Source: a virus
Virus record (IMG/VR): IMGVR_UViG_3300042566_002057
Span: 64,001-128,000 of that record
Strand: one strand, 5' to 3'
DNA: 64,000 nt
Shown: one piece after another, positions 38,701-47,217 of the stretch
Layout of the letters: the number at the start of each line of letters is the position of its first letter
How positions within the stretch are numbered: the first letter of the stretch is position 1
Position numbers and translations under genes: made by a program
Notes under the pieces: model-generated
What the model saw: the letters and a program-made list of their open reading frames with translations, nothing else
What the model was told of the DNA's origin: nothing
Database searches by the model: none

Positions 38701-39147
38701 TTACACGTTTTCCTTTTCTAATTCTTCTGGGTGTAGTAGACCTCTTCGATATTTTTTGAATCTTTCTTCATATCGAGTTTTAACTCTATCTGATATTGGA
38801 ATAGGAAGACCCTCTTCATCTAACTTAACAAAAACCATTTTTGTTGAGCAAACTAGATTTTGCCTTCCGGTGTGGACATTGTGTTTTCTAGCCTCTAGAT
38901 TAATCGTAATTGAAGTTTTACCAAACTTATCAACAGATGCGTATATCTTTAATAGGTTTCCTACTTTAACTGGGCTTTGGAAAACCACCTCTTCTATCTT
39001 TTTAGTTACCATTTTTGCTGAATCACAGATCTGACAAGCGTAAGCAGCGGCAGCCTCATCTAAAAAAGACATCATATTTCCACCAAACAGATTTCCGTGT
39101 ACTCCTAAGTCTAATGCCATACAAATTTTTGTTGTAACAAGTTCCAT
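38701..39147 (-). CDS. Acyl-CoA thioesterase (hotdog fold, YciA-like)
   Basis: HGNLFGG.MMSFLDEAA, F.SPVKVG, GKTSI, FVKLDEEG.P. Confidence 0.85.
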   Translation of the reverse strand: MELVTTKICMALDLGVHGNLFGGNMMSFLDEAAAAYACQICDSAKMVTKKIEEVVFQSPVKVGNLLKIYASVDKFGKTSITINLEARKHNVHTGRQNLVCSTKMVFVKLDEEGLPIPISDRVKTRYEERFKKYRRGLLHPEELEKENV

Positions 39148-39177
39148 ATTAATTATATAGATTATTGGAAATTAAGT

Positions 39178-39906
39178 TTAGAATGGAGTCGCTACCCCTC
39201 TTTTAGAAACAACAATTGCAGACATTTTATTTGCAAAAATTATTGATTCTTCAATATTCTGAGTTTGATAGAATTTTAGAATAAATGAAGATGTAAAAGT
39301 ATCACCAGCTCCACTAACATCTATAGTTTCCTGTGGATTGTCACTTGAGTATATTTTAGAATTAAACATAGAACCTTTACTTCCTAAAGTCACTATGATA
39401 TTATCAGATGATATATCTTGATTAGAATTATATTCAGACTCATTTAACTTAACAAATGTAAAGTCAGAAGTAACATTTGATTTTAGTTTTCTTTTAGAAT
39501 CTAATATAGATAATTTAGATTTTTTAGATATTGTAATTAAATCATCATCACTTAAGAATCCTTTGTTATAATCACTAACAATGATAATATCAAAAGTATC
39601 AAACTCAATTATGTCTTCAAATTTAGATATAAATTGATCACCCTCATCTAATCTTATGAACATATGATTAGACTTTTTTTCAATAAACCTGGACTTATTT
39701 ATTATTTCTCTTTGATGTATATGAGTTATATTTATTTCAGAACTAATTGATTTGAGATTTCTCACGACGTTTCCTGACATACCTTCATTCTCAATTATTT
39801 CAATTGGTCTTAGAATAGGGACTGGTGCCTCCGGGCAAAATCTTGGGACTTCGCAGTAAACAAATTTATCACTGCATGTTTCACCTATCACTAAAATTTT
39901 TATCAT
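39178..39906 (-). CDS. PfkB-family sugar kinase (HldE/RfaE kinase-like)
   Basis: PEAPVP, SDYNKG, DVSGAGDTF. Confidence 0.85.
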   Translation of the reverse strand: MIKILVIGETCSDKFVYCEVPRFCPEAPVPILRPIEIIENEGMSGNVVRNLKSISSEINITHIHQREIINKSRFIEKKSNHMFIRLDEGDQFISKFEDIIEFDTFDIIIVSDYNKGFLSDDDLITISKKSKLSILDSKRKLKSNVTSDFTFVKLNESEYNSNQDISSDNIIVTLGSKGSMFNSKIYSSDNPQETIDVSGAGDTFTSSFILKFYQTQNIEESIIFANKMSAIVVSKRGVATPF

Positions 39907-40604
39907 TATTTTATTTTATAATATTTGAATGGTAAAGTTGATTCTTCCCAGGTTGGTTCAAGTTCTACAATATCATCAGGAGTCAACTGGTTATCAGCAA
40001 TTGAAACTAAATGTGTTCCAGGTTTTAACTGACTAACGATATATTCAACATCAGATTCATCAAAAAGTAAATCATTTACAAATACAAATGTTGCATCAGA
40101 AAAATCTATGTTTCTAATATCATCATTAATAAATTGTATATTATCATTACTATTAACTTGATTTTGTATAAACTTTGAGTATAAATATCTGACTTTGTCT
40201 ATTTCAACACCGACATATTTTCCAAAATTAGATATAAGTGATAAGTGTAAAACTATTTTACCATTACCTGATCCAATATCATAGAAAACCGATTTCTCAT
40301 TTATATCAATTTTTGTTTTTATAAAATTGTAAAGAGAATCAACACCTACCTTTTTCAATTCACCATAAGTAGTTTTAAGGTCTTTTAGTTGTGAAATATA
40401 ATCCCAAGCTTTTTCTGTCTCTAAATATTTTAGAGTTTCCTCTCTTTTTCTACCTTTAACTCTATTGTATTCATCAATTTCTTCTTGTGTCAGATATTGC
40501 CAGTAATCATAGTTATTTGCAATATCATCTATCTCAAATAAATTAAATGAGTAAAGACTTTTTATTAAGTCAAAATTCTGTATTCTTTTTATAAAATCAT
40601 CCAT
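39906..40604 (-). CDS. DOT1-like SAM-dependent methyltransferase
   Basis: TYGEL, FYDIGSGNGKIV, GVEI, ATFVFVN. Confidence 0.7.
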   Translation of the reverse strand: MDDFIKRIQNFDLIKSLYSFNLFEIDDIANNYDYWQYLTQEEIDEYNRVKGRKREETLKYLETEKAWDYISQLKDLKTTYGELKKVGVDSLYNFIKTKIDINEKSVFYDIGSGNGKIVLHLSLISNFGKYVGVEIDKVRYLYSKFIQNQVNSNDNIQFINDDIRNIDFSDATFVFVNDLLFDESDVEYIVSQLKPGTHLVSIADNQLTPDDIVELEPTWEESTLPFKYYKIK

Positions 40605-41010
40605 ATTGAATTACTTCTAATCCCGCACTTTCAAGAAAATCAATTCCTGATGTGTCTTTATATTTTTCTATATAAACTAATCTTTTTATTCCAGATTGTA
40701 GAATCAATTTAGAACAATCTTTACAAGGTGAATGTGTTTGATATAAAGTACCACCTTCACAAGAATGCCCGTGTTTAGCACATTTCAGAATAGCATTAGC
40801 CTCTCCATGAATAACATACCAGTTAGTATCACCATCTAAATTCTCACAACAATTATCAAAACCAGTTGGTGTCCCATTATATCCATCAGATATAATCATA
40901 CCATTTTTAACTATTAAGGCACCTACTTGTTTTCTTGTACAATGTGAAAGTTTAGACCACTCTGTAGCCATACTCAAATAAGTTCTATCATATCTTTCCT
41001 GTTTAGTCAT
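40597..41010 (-). CDS. dCMP deaminase (ComEB-like)
   Basis: VGALIV, GYNGTP, HGEANA, SPCKDC. Confidence 0.92.
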   Translation of the reverse strand: MTKQERYDRTYLSMATEWSKLSHCTRKQVGALIVKNGMIISDGYNGTPTGFDNCCENLDGDTNWYVIHGEANAILKCAKHGHSCEGGTLYQTHSPCKDCSKLILQSGIKRLVYIEKYKDTSGIDFLESAGLEVIQYG

Positions 41011-41203
41011 TGAATATTTTTTTAATTTTTCTTTGTCTTAAAAGAGGTTTACTCAGTCTCTGTAGATCCTTAATCAATTCTCTATCAATACTTTTAGCCA
41101 ATTCTTCAGATAGAATTTTAGTAAGTTCTGACTCTATGTCTGTTCCGTATGGACTAATACTATTGTCCTGTACTTCAATACCTTTAACTTTATACTTTTT
41201 CAC
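41003..41203 (-). CDS. Mini-protein resembling a major-capsid (gp23) helix, with C-terminal tag
   Basis: GTDIESELTKILSEELAKSIDRELIKDL; ends LRQRKIKKIFND. Confidence 0.6.
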   Translation of the reverse strand: MKKYKVKGIEVQDNSISPYGTDIESELTKILSEELAKSIDRELIKDLQRLSKPLLRQRKIKKIFND

Positions 41204-41378
41204 CGAATAATCTATTAACTTTTTCTTTTCTAAAATTGACCTTTTGTTTATTATAAACTTCCTGTATCATATCACCAACTGATGGTGATGTAACTACATA
41301 ATTTGCACTTCCTCTTAAAGATGATTTATGAATAGTTTCTGATACTTTTAATAATTTATCAATTAAGTCTTTACTCAT
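41190..41378 (-). CDS. Mini-protein resembling a second major-capsid (gp23) segment, with C-terminal tag
   Basis: SETIHKSSLRGSANYVVTSPSV; ends FRKEKVNRLFGEKV. Confidence 0.6.
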   Translation of the reverse strand: MSKDLIDKLLKVSETIHKSSLRGSANYVVTSPSVGDMIQEVYNKQKVNFRKEKVNRLFGEKV

Positions 41379-42142
41379 ATTATATTTTTAACATTCCAAT
41401 TTTCCGGTAAATACTTAGCCTTAGTATTTTCAATAAAATGAAGTCTCCACATCTCAATAAATTGTTGAATATTTTCTAAATTTTCTACTACAATCTGACC
41501 GTGACTTTTATTAATTTTCTTAGACCTCATAGTTGATATTCTTTCAAGTCTGGATTTAGTAAGATGTTTGTAATTGAAATATTCTCTTAATGTCTTTTTC
41601 ATCATAACTACTCTTTCTTTAGGTATTTTTGATAAATCCTTATTGAGAAGAGTTGTTGAGATTTTAGCCAATTTAATCAACTCACTATTGTATTCGTACT
41701 CTCCAGTTATTGGAGCATAATAATCAATCGAAAGTTTTTGTTTAAGTTCATCAGCTTTTCTTTCATAAGTGTCGTGACAATCAACACACATAAGAAGTAC
41801 ATCATGAAAATTATGAGACTTTAGTTTTAGTGGAAACCACTTTCTATAACAAGTAGGTATTACGTGGTGTCTAGTAAGATAATTTTCAGTATTACAAACA
41901 ACACAATGATTTTTCATCTGTGAAAGTCCAAAGTTTCTTTCGTGATTACCTAAACCATTAGGTCTGAAATTTAGTCTTATTGTGTTTTCATCAATATAGT
42001 TGGCTAAGTTTCTTTTAATATACCAGTTGATGCGTTTTTCATCACATCGAAACATCAATATACCATCAGGTGATTCAACTTGATAGTTACCATACACCCT
42101 TCTGTTTTGACCAACACCGAATGATTTTACCAGTCTACTCAA
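41375..42142 (-). CDS. HNH-like Zn-binding protein resembling the EXD2 C-terminal domain
   Basis: SPDG..MFRCD.KR..WY, CVVC, RHHVIP.CYRK.FP, SHNFHDVLLMCVDCH. Confidence 0.65.
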   Translation of the reverse strand: MSRLVKSFGVGQNRRVYGNYQVESPDGILMFRCDEKRINWYIKRNLANYIDENTIRLNFRPNGLGNHERNFGLSQMKNHCVVCNTENYLTRHHVIPTCYRKWFPLKLKSHNFHDVLLMCVDCHDTYERKADELKQKLSIDYYAPITGEYEYNSELIKLAKISTTLLNKDLSKIPKERVVMMKKTLREYFNYKHLTKSRLERISTMRSKKINKSHGQIVVENLENIQQFIEMWRLHFIENTKAKYLPENWNVKNII

Positions 42143-42151
42143 TGTAAATGA

Positions 42152-42700
42152 TTACATTTTGTCAATTTGCATCATATCCAATTCTACAGGAGTTTTACGT
42201 CCAAAAATTGATACTGAAACTTTAACTTTTTGACCACTGATAGATTCAATTGTTCCTACCATAGAAGAGAAAGGTCCATCCATAATTTTAACTTCCTCGT
42301 TAACAACAAAAGGATTTTCTAATTCAACTTCTTCTGCCTCTGCTTGTTGTCCAATCATTTTATTAACTTCGTTTAGTGATAAAGGTTTAATCTCACCTGA
42401 TTTGTTTGTAAGAAATCCGGTAGCGCCGTTACATCCTTTAAGGAAGTATTTTAATTCACCGATTGCTGATGTCTCAACAAATATGTATCCTGGGTAAAGA
42501 ACTTTTTCTCTTTTTACTTTTTTTCCACCTTTCACATAGAAAGATTTCTCCATCGGTACAAGAACTTGAGAAACTTTTCCGATAAGTTCACCTTTTTCTA
42601 CTTCTTTAAGAATTTTTTCGGTTACACTTCTTTCGCGGTTAGATTGAGTTCTTACTACGTACCAATTTGTTTTTGTTGATTTTTCTAAAATTTGTTCCAT
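42152..42700 (-). CDS. nusG: Transcription termination/antitermination factor NusG
   Basis: WYVVRT, LYPGYIFV, KOW motif DGPFSSMVG, VSIFGRKTPVEL. Confidence 0.93.
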   Translation of the reverse strand: MEQILEKSTKTNWYVVRTQSNRERSVTEKILKEVEKGELIGKVSQVLVPMEKSFYVKGGKKVKREKVLYPGYIFVETSAIGELKYFLKGCNGATGFLTNKSGEIKPLSLNEVNKMIGQQAEAEEVELENPFVVNEEVKIMDGPFSSMVGTIESISGQKVKVSVSIFGRKTPVELDMMQIDKM

Positions 42701-42730
42701 TTAAATTTATAGTTTTGTTTATTTTTATAT

Positions 42731-43120
42731 TTATTGTTTATCAAGTTGTTTATAATACTTTAGCTCTTCTTTTATAAAATCAGGAAAATTATTTACTAAG
42801 TAAGTAATATCCGAGTCTTTTAATTTAAGTCTTAGCATTAAAAGTTTGAAATCCTTTTCAGGTATTTCTGGTTTATCAGTAGGTGACTTTGACCAAAACC
42901 ACTGAGGATAAGGTTTGCCTTTCATAAAATAAAACCACAAATCCATTCCATCTGATTTATTTGTGGTCTTCATATTAAGTAAATGACTTTTCTCTGGATA
43001 TTTTTTACTAAAATATCGATTGAATATAAAAAACAACTTTTCTTTATCATCATCAGTAATTTTTTCCCAATCACTTCTATTTCTAAACATCGCATTTGCG
43101 ACATCAATTAATTCCGCCAT
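42731..43120 (-). CDS. Possible clamp-loader small subunit (T4 gp62-like)
   Basis: FIFNRYFS..YP....LN pattern and size; adjacent to the RNase H gene. Confidence 0.4.
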   Translation of the reverse strand: MAELIDVANAMFRNRSDWEKITDDDKEKLFFIFNRYFSKKYPEKSHLLNMKTTNKSDGMDLWFYFMKGKPYPQWFWSKSPTDKPEIPEKDFKLLMLRLKLKDSDITYLVNNFPDFIKEELKYYKQLDKQ

Positions 43121-44078
43121 AAACTGTTTTCATTTTACTAACAATATCTTCAGGAAGATTGTCAATTCTTAAGTCAATTAACTTAACATTGTCTTGTATA
43201 TTCTCAACTATAGATTCTATTTGTGTTTTACTTAACTTTTTCTTTTCACAAATTAAATCAGCAATGTTTTCATAAAGATCTGGATCAAGTAAATTAACTT
43301 CACCAAATTCAGAAAGATAATTGTCATAGATTGACTTAGCTCCTTTAGCTCCTATACCTCTTTTCTTACCATTCTTTACTTGAGACCAAACTGAAGATAT
43401 GTTATCACTCTGATCACCTGATATGATTTTAATTACTAAAGATTCCATAGAATCAATTTCATTTACATCATACTTAGTTAAAAATCTATTTAGAAGTAAA
43501 AGAAATTCACTATTATCATTTAGATTAAAGATATCATCATTTGGTAAAGTAGATACTTTGTCCACAAATATTTGATAGTTCTTTGGTAAGAATAGTTTCT
43601 CTTTATTATACATTTCATTAGTCATTATGTTAATGAATAATGGTTCTAATCCATAAGATACAATCTGTTTGATATCGTAATCATTTGATACGATAATTGC
43701 AGAACGACCTTCTTCATTTGATTTATCACAAAGAAAAGATATCCAGTCATCTCCTTCGATAGTTGGAGCTTCAAGGACTTTTATTGTAGATTTCATTGAT
43801 TGCTTAAACTCATCGTAAGCAGTGTAAACAAAAGACCAATCAATATCGTTATCTTTCTTTCTGTTACTTTTATAAGTTTTTGTTAATTGTTTTCTCCAAG
43901 ACTTTTCTTTAGAGTCTGATACTAAATATACATTTGCAAAAGGATACCATTTTCTATAATTTGATACCGTATTTTCTAATGATTTATGTAGAGCACCGTA
44001 GAGTAAATTATTTTTATGAAGTGTAAAAACTAATCTACTCAAAATATAGTTTCCGTCGATTATTAAATCACATAACAT
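43104..44078 (-). CDS. RNase H / 5'-3' flap exonuclease (T4 rnh-like)
   Basis: IIDGN, SWRK...YK.NRK, EGDD, SNDYD..Q, GD.SDNI, GIG. Confidence 0.85.
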   Translation of the reverse strand: MLCDLIIDGNYILSRLVFTLHKNNLLYGALHKSLENTVSNYRKWYPFANVYLVSDSKEKSWRKQLTKTYKSNRKKDNDIDWSFVYTAYDEFKQSMKSTIKVLEAPTIEGDDWISFLCDKSNEEGRSAIIVSNDYDIKQIVSYGLEPLFINIMTNEMYNKEKLFLPKNYQIFVDKVSTLPNDDIFNLNDNSEFLLLLNRFLTKYDVNEIDSMESLVIKIISGDQSDNISSVWSQVKNGKKRGIGAKGAKSIYDNYLSEFGEVNLLDPDLYENIADLICEKKKLSKTQIESIVENIQDNVKLIDLRIDNLPEDIVSKMKTVYGGIN

Positions 44079-44131
44079 TAATATTTTGATTATTTTTTAT
44101 TTATAGTGATTTATAAAATGTAAGTTTATGT

Positions 44132-44509
44132 TTAATCTGGTAATAATGATTCTAATTTCTCATCTCTGTCATATATCTTAAGCCTCTTCTCAATAAAATT
44201 TTCTAAATCATCATCAAATTTTATATTCTGTTTTTTTAGTTCTTCCCAGAAAGGTCTTTTCAATACATTGAGAGTTGCTATTACAATTGATAAGTTAGGA
44301 TCTGTATAAGTACTTTTGACTTCATAGTCTTCTCCTAAAATGTGATATGTTGATTTGTATGTTGATATACTAAAGGCACCTGTTCCGGCAGAATAAACTA
44401 AGTTATTACCAGTTGTCGTAATTGTTGTGTTAGAGTTAGTTCCTAGAATGATACAACCTGAACTACTAGAAGATGTTCCACTACTGTGTATATTTATAGA
44501 ACCTATCAT
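44132..44509 (-). CDS. Hypothetical protein with S/T/G-rich N-terminus and C-terminal tag
   Basis: Ends DRDEKLESLLPD; class B promoter. Confidence 0.55.
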   Translation of the reverse strand: MIGSINIHSSGTSSSSSGCIILGTNSNTTITTTGNNLVYSAGTGAFSISTYKSTYHILGEDYEVKSTYTDPNLSIVIATLNVLKRPFWEELKKQNIKFDDDLENFIEKRLKIYDRDEKLESLLPD

Positions 44510-44540
44510 ATCGATTTATATAAAATCGAATTAAAAAAGT

Positions 44541-46082
44541 TTACTTAACTACTAAGTGTGGAGATGACCAAAGTGATTCTGACTTTGCAAATTTTACAAT
44601 TGTAGAAACAAATCTATTTCTGGTGATTGAACTTTGTGTGAGCAACCAATCTAAAACTAAGTAAGATTGTAATCTTGAGTTTATTTCTTGAGTTTTAGTT
44701 TCCGATTCTAAATCAACACTAACACACTGAGCTATCTCTGGTGAAGTAAAATTGTGTGTAGACAAAATCTCTCTGATTTTTTCCATATCTTTTTCTCTTC
44801 TGACTTTCTCAATCAAATTGTACCATTGATTAGGAACTATTGTTGAAAGTAACGAACCAGCTTTTCCAGACATATGTTGTGCTTTTTTAGAACCTTTCAC
44901 CTCAACTGAAATAGCAGATACTGGACTAGTATCAAATGTTCTAAGTTGTAACTCACCGTCTCTATAAAACTTAGAGTTCTTAGAGAACTTATATCCGAAT
45001 TTTATAACAACAGTTTTTATTTTATTATTTGATTTATAACCTAAAAACTGGTGTTGAACATCATCTTCTTTCATATTAACAGTTCTCACTCTGTTTTCAC
45101 CAGTTTGTTGTTGTTTTAAAGATACACCAACTATACCATTTCTTTTTTCAATACATGCATAAAGGTAATTGTTCAATTCGTCTAAATCATTAATATTGGT
45201 ATCATACCACTTAGTATTGTAAATTGGTTCTTTACCATCTTTAAATGCTATCCAAATATCACTTGGATTCCATTTAGATATATTTACAGTATCAGGAAAC
45301 TCATAAATAGATTTTTCTTTGTCATAAGGATCTAAATTTCTATACATTTCTATCTCTTCATCTAAGTAACTTTTAGCCATTTGAGCAATTAAAAGGTTAG
45401 TTGAATTTTTATAAATTGCTTCTACATTAAATATATTCTTATCGATGAATGTTATTAATTCCTTAGACTGACGAATCATTGAGTTATACAAACCTTTATT
45501 TGCTATAAACTCCTCAAATCTTCTTCTAAAATCACCTCTCTCATTGTCTGAAATTATAGCAAATCTTTTTTCACTATCTTCTTCGCTGTATAAATAATCC
45601 ATTTCAATTTTTCCTCTATTAGAGTAAATATCGACTTTGTGACCAGTTAATTCCCATATTGTTGATGCAAAAATAATAATGAATGCTGTTTCTCTAAAAT
45701 GCTCAGCTCTTTTTGTAACACCTTGTCTACCTTTTTGTCTTAGTATAGTAGTTCTAATTCCTTTCTTTACTATAGCGAATGGGTATTTTCTTGATGTTGT
45801 TTCATAAACCATAATTTTACTAAAAGCAGATTCATTATCAAAGTCTAATAACTTCTTTAAGTCTTTAAATTCAAGTGATTTCACCGAAGATGGTCTTATG
45901 TGTAGAATTTCAACATCATCATTTGGTAAATAATCTATAGGAACAAAGGTCAAGTTTTGACTTATTTCAAATCTTTTAGCATATGTTTGACCGTCTCTGG
46001 AGAACTCATATTCAATACCAGATTTACTATCATCGATAGTAGCTTCATTAATAGAAATGTAATTATTGAATTTATTTATCAC
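44541..46082 (-). CDS. Putative PD-(D/E)xK-like nuclease with N-terminal tag
   Basis: KWNPSDIW...IVGVSLK; starts MINKFNNYISINEA; class C promoter. Confidence 0.45.
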   Translation of the reverse strand: MINKFNNYISINEATIDDSKSGIEYEFSRDGQTYAKRFEISQNLTFVPIDYLPNDDVEILHIRPSSVKSLEFKDLKKLLDFDNESAFSKIMVYETTSRKYPFAIVKKGIRTTILRQKGRQGVTKRAEHFRETAFIIIFASTIWELTGHKVDIYSNRGKIEMDYLYSEEDSEKRFAIISDNERGDFRRRFEEFIANKGLYNSMIRQSKELITFIDKNIFNVEAIYKNSTNLLIAQMAKSYLDEEIEMYRNLDPYDKEKSIYEFPDTVNISKWNPSDIWIAFKDGKEPIYNTKWYDTNINDLDELNNYLYACIEKRNGIVGVSLKQQQTGENRVRTVNMKEDDVQHQFLGYKSNNKIKTVVIKFGYKFSKNSKFYRDGELQLRTFDTSPVSAISVEVKGSKKAQHMSGKAGSLLSTIVPNQWYNLIEKVRREKDMEKIREILSTHNFTSPEIAQCVSVDLESETKTQEINSRLQSYLVLDWLLTQSSITRNRFVSTIVKFAKSESLWSSPHLVVK

Positions 46083-46111
46083 ATACTATATATAAAATTT
46101 GTGTTATTAAA

Positions 46112-46639
46112 TTACAAAATTTTGCTGATTATTATTTCTCTGTATAAAGTTCTGAACTCTTCTCTTATTTCCTCGTTGTATCTATATGTTGATTTATTCG
46201 AATAGTAATCATAGTCTTGATGATTTACTTTCTTTAACATATACTCATAATTCTCCTTAACCAAATTAAAACAGTTTTCTTTTTCAGTCCATTTGATTAG
46301 ATTATAAATCAAATCAAAATTTATTTTTCTAAATCCATTAAAGAACTCTTTTTTAGAATAAGAGTGTAGATAATGAAGTACAGTAGTATCATTTAAATTT
46401 TCAACTCCTTCTGGATTTGAAAATTCAGGTATTGTAAAATAGAACTCAACGCCTTTATCAACTAATAAAGAAGTTAATTTAAGAACTTGTTTATAGATTC
46501 TAACGTCTAAAAAAACATAAACGATATTATCATTGGATATAAAGCAGGTCGGTATGTTCTGAATCTTCTTAAACATTAAGAAGTCATTCTTAACAGACCA
46601 ATTAGATGAATTGTCTGGTATTAAATCACTTAATTCCAT
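46112..46639 (-). CDS. Hypothetical protein with C-terminal tag
   Basis: Ends YREIIISKIL. Confidence 0.55.
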   Translation of the reverse strand: MELSDLIPDNSSNWSVKNDFLMFKKIQNIPTCFISNDNIVYVFLDVRIYKQVLKLTSLLVDKGVEFYFTIPEFSNPEGVENLNDTTVLHYLHSYSKKEFFNGFRKINFDLIYNLIKWTEKENCFNLVKENYEYMLKKVNHQDYDYYSNKSTYRYNEEIREEFRTLYREIIISKIL

Positions 46640-46958
46640 TATCTCTTAGTATTTTAAGAAATTCTAATTTTGATTCTTCTCTTGTGTTTGTACCACCTTT
46701 ATATCTATAAGGATGTTTACATTTGTTTGGAGAATATTTTGTCTTATACCTAGTGTCGTATCTTTTTGTAGTATGTGTCTTAAAGGTAAAATAATCTGTA
46801 GAACCTATGTAATCAGATAAAAATGGATGGTGATGTTTAATTCCATTGGCATCTTCAAATCCTCTCCAATACCATCTTGCAGTGCACATTTTATTGTTTA
46901 GTCTACGAATGACTATCCTTTCTTCTGTATATCTTCTCCAAGCGCGGTCTCTGCACAT
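46626..46958 (-). CDS. Basic Arg/Lys-rich early protein
   Basis: Class A promoter at 46963-70. Confidence 0.55.
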   Translation of the reverse strand: MCRDRAWRRYTEERIVIRRLNNKMCTARWYWRGFEDANGIKHHHPFLSDYIGSTDYFTFKTHTTKRYDTRYKTKYSPNKCKHPYRYKGGTNTREESKLEFLKILRDNGIK

Positions 46959-46974
46959 GGTACAAAGATACGAA

Positions 46975-47217
46975 TTAATTTATAATTTGTGAAATTTTAT
47001 CATCTCTATCTAATTGTAAAGTATCAATTTCAAACAATGGAAATCCATCAATTCTTGAAGGATTTAAGTATTTAACCCAAACTAATTTTCCTTCATATTT
47101 ATCATAGTTAAATACCATACCAAACTCTACGCTATCAATAACTCTCATTTTAGAAAAGTCTAATATAATTATCTGATTATTATGTTCTAACTCCTCTGAT
47201 TTTATTGTAAATTTCAT
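46975..47217 (-). CDS. Small hypothetical protein with C-terminal tag
   Basis: Ends DRDDKISQIIN. Confidence 0.6.
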   Translation of the reverse strand: MKFTIKSEELEHNNQIIILDFSKMRVIDSVEFGMVFNYDKYEGKLVWVKYLNPSRIDGFPLFEIDTLQLDRDDKISQIIN

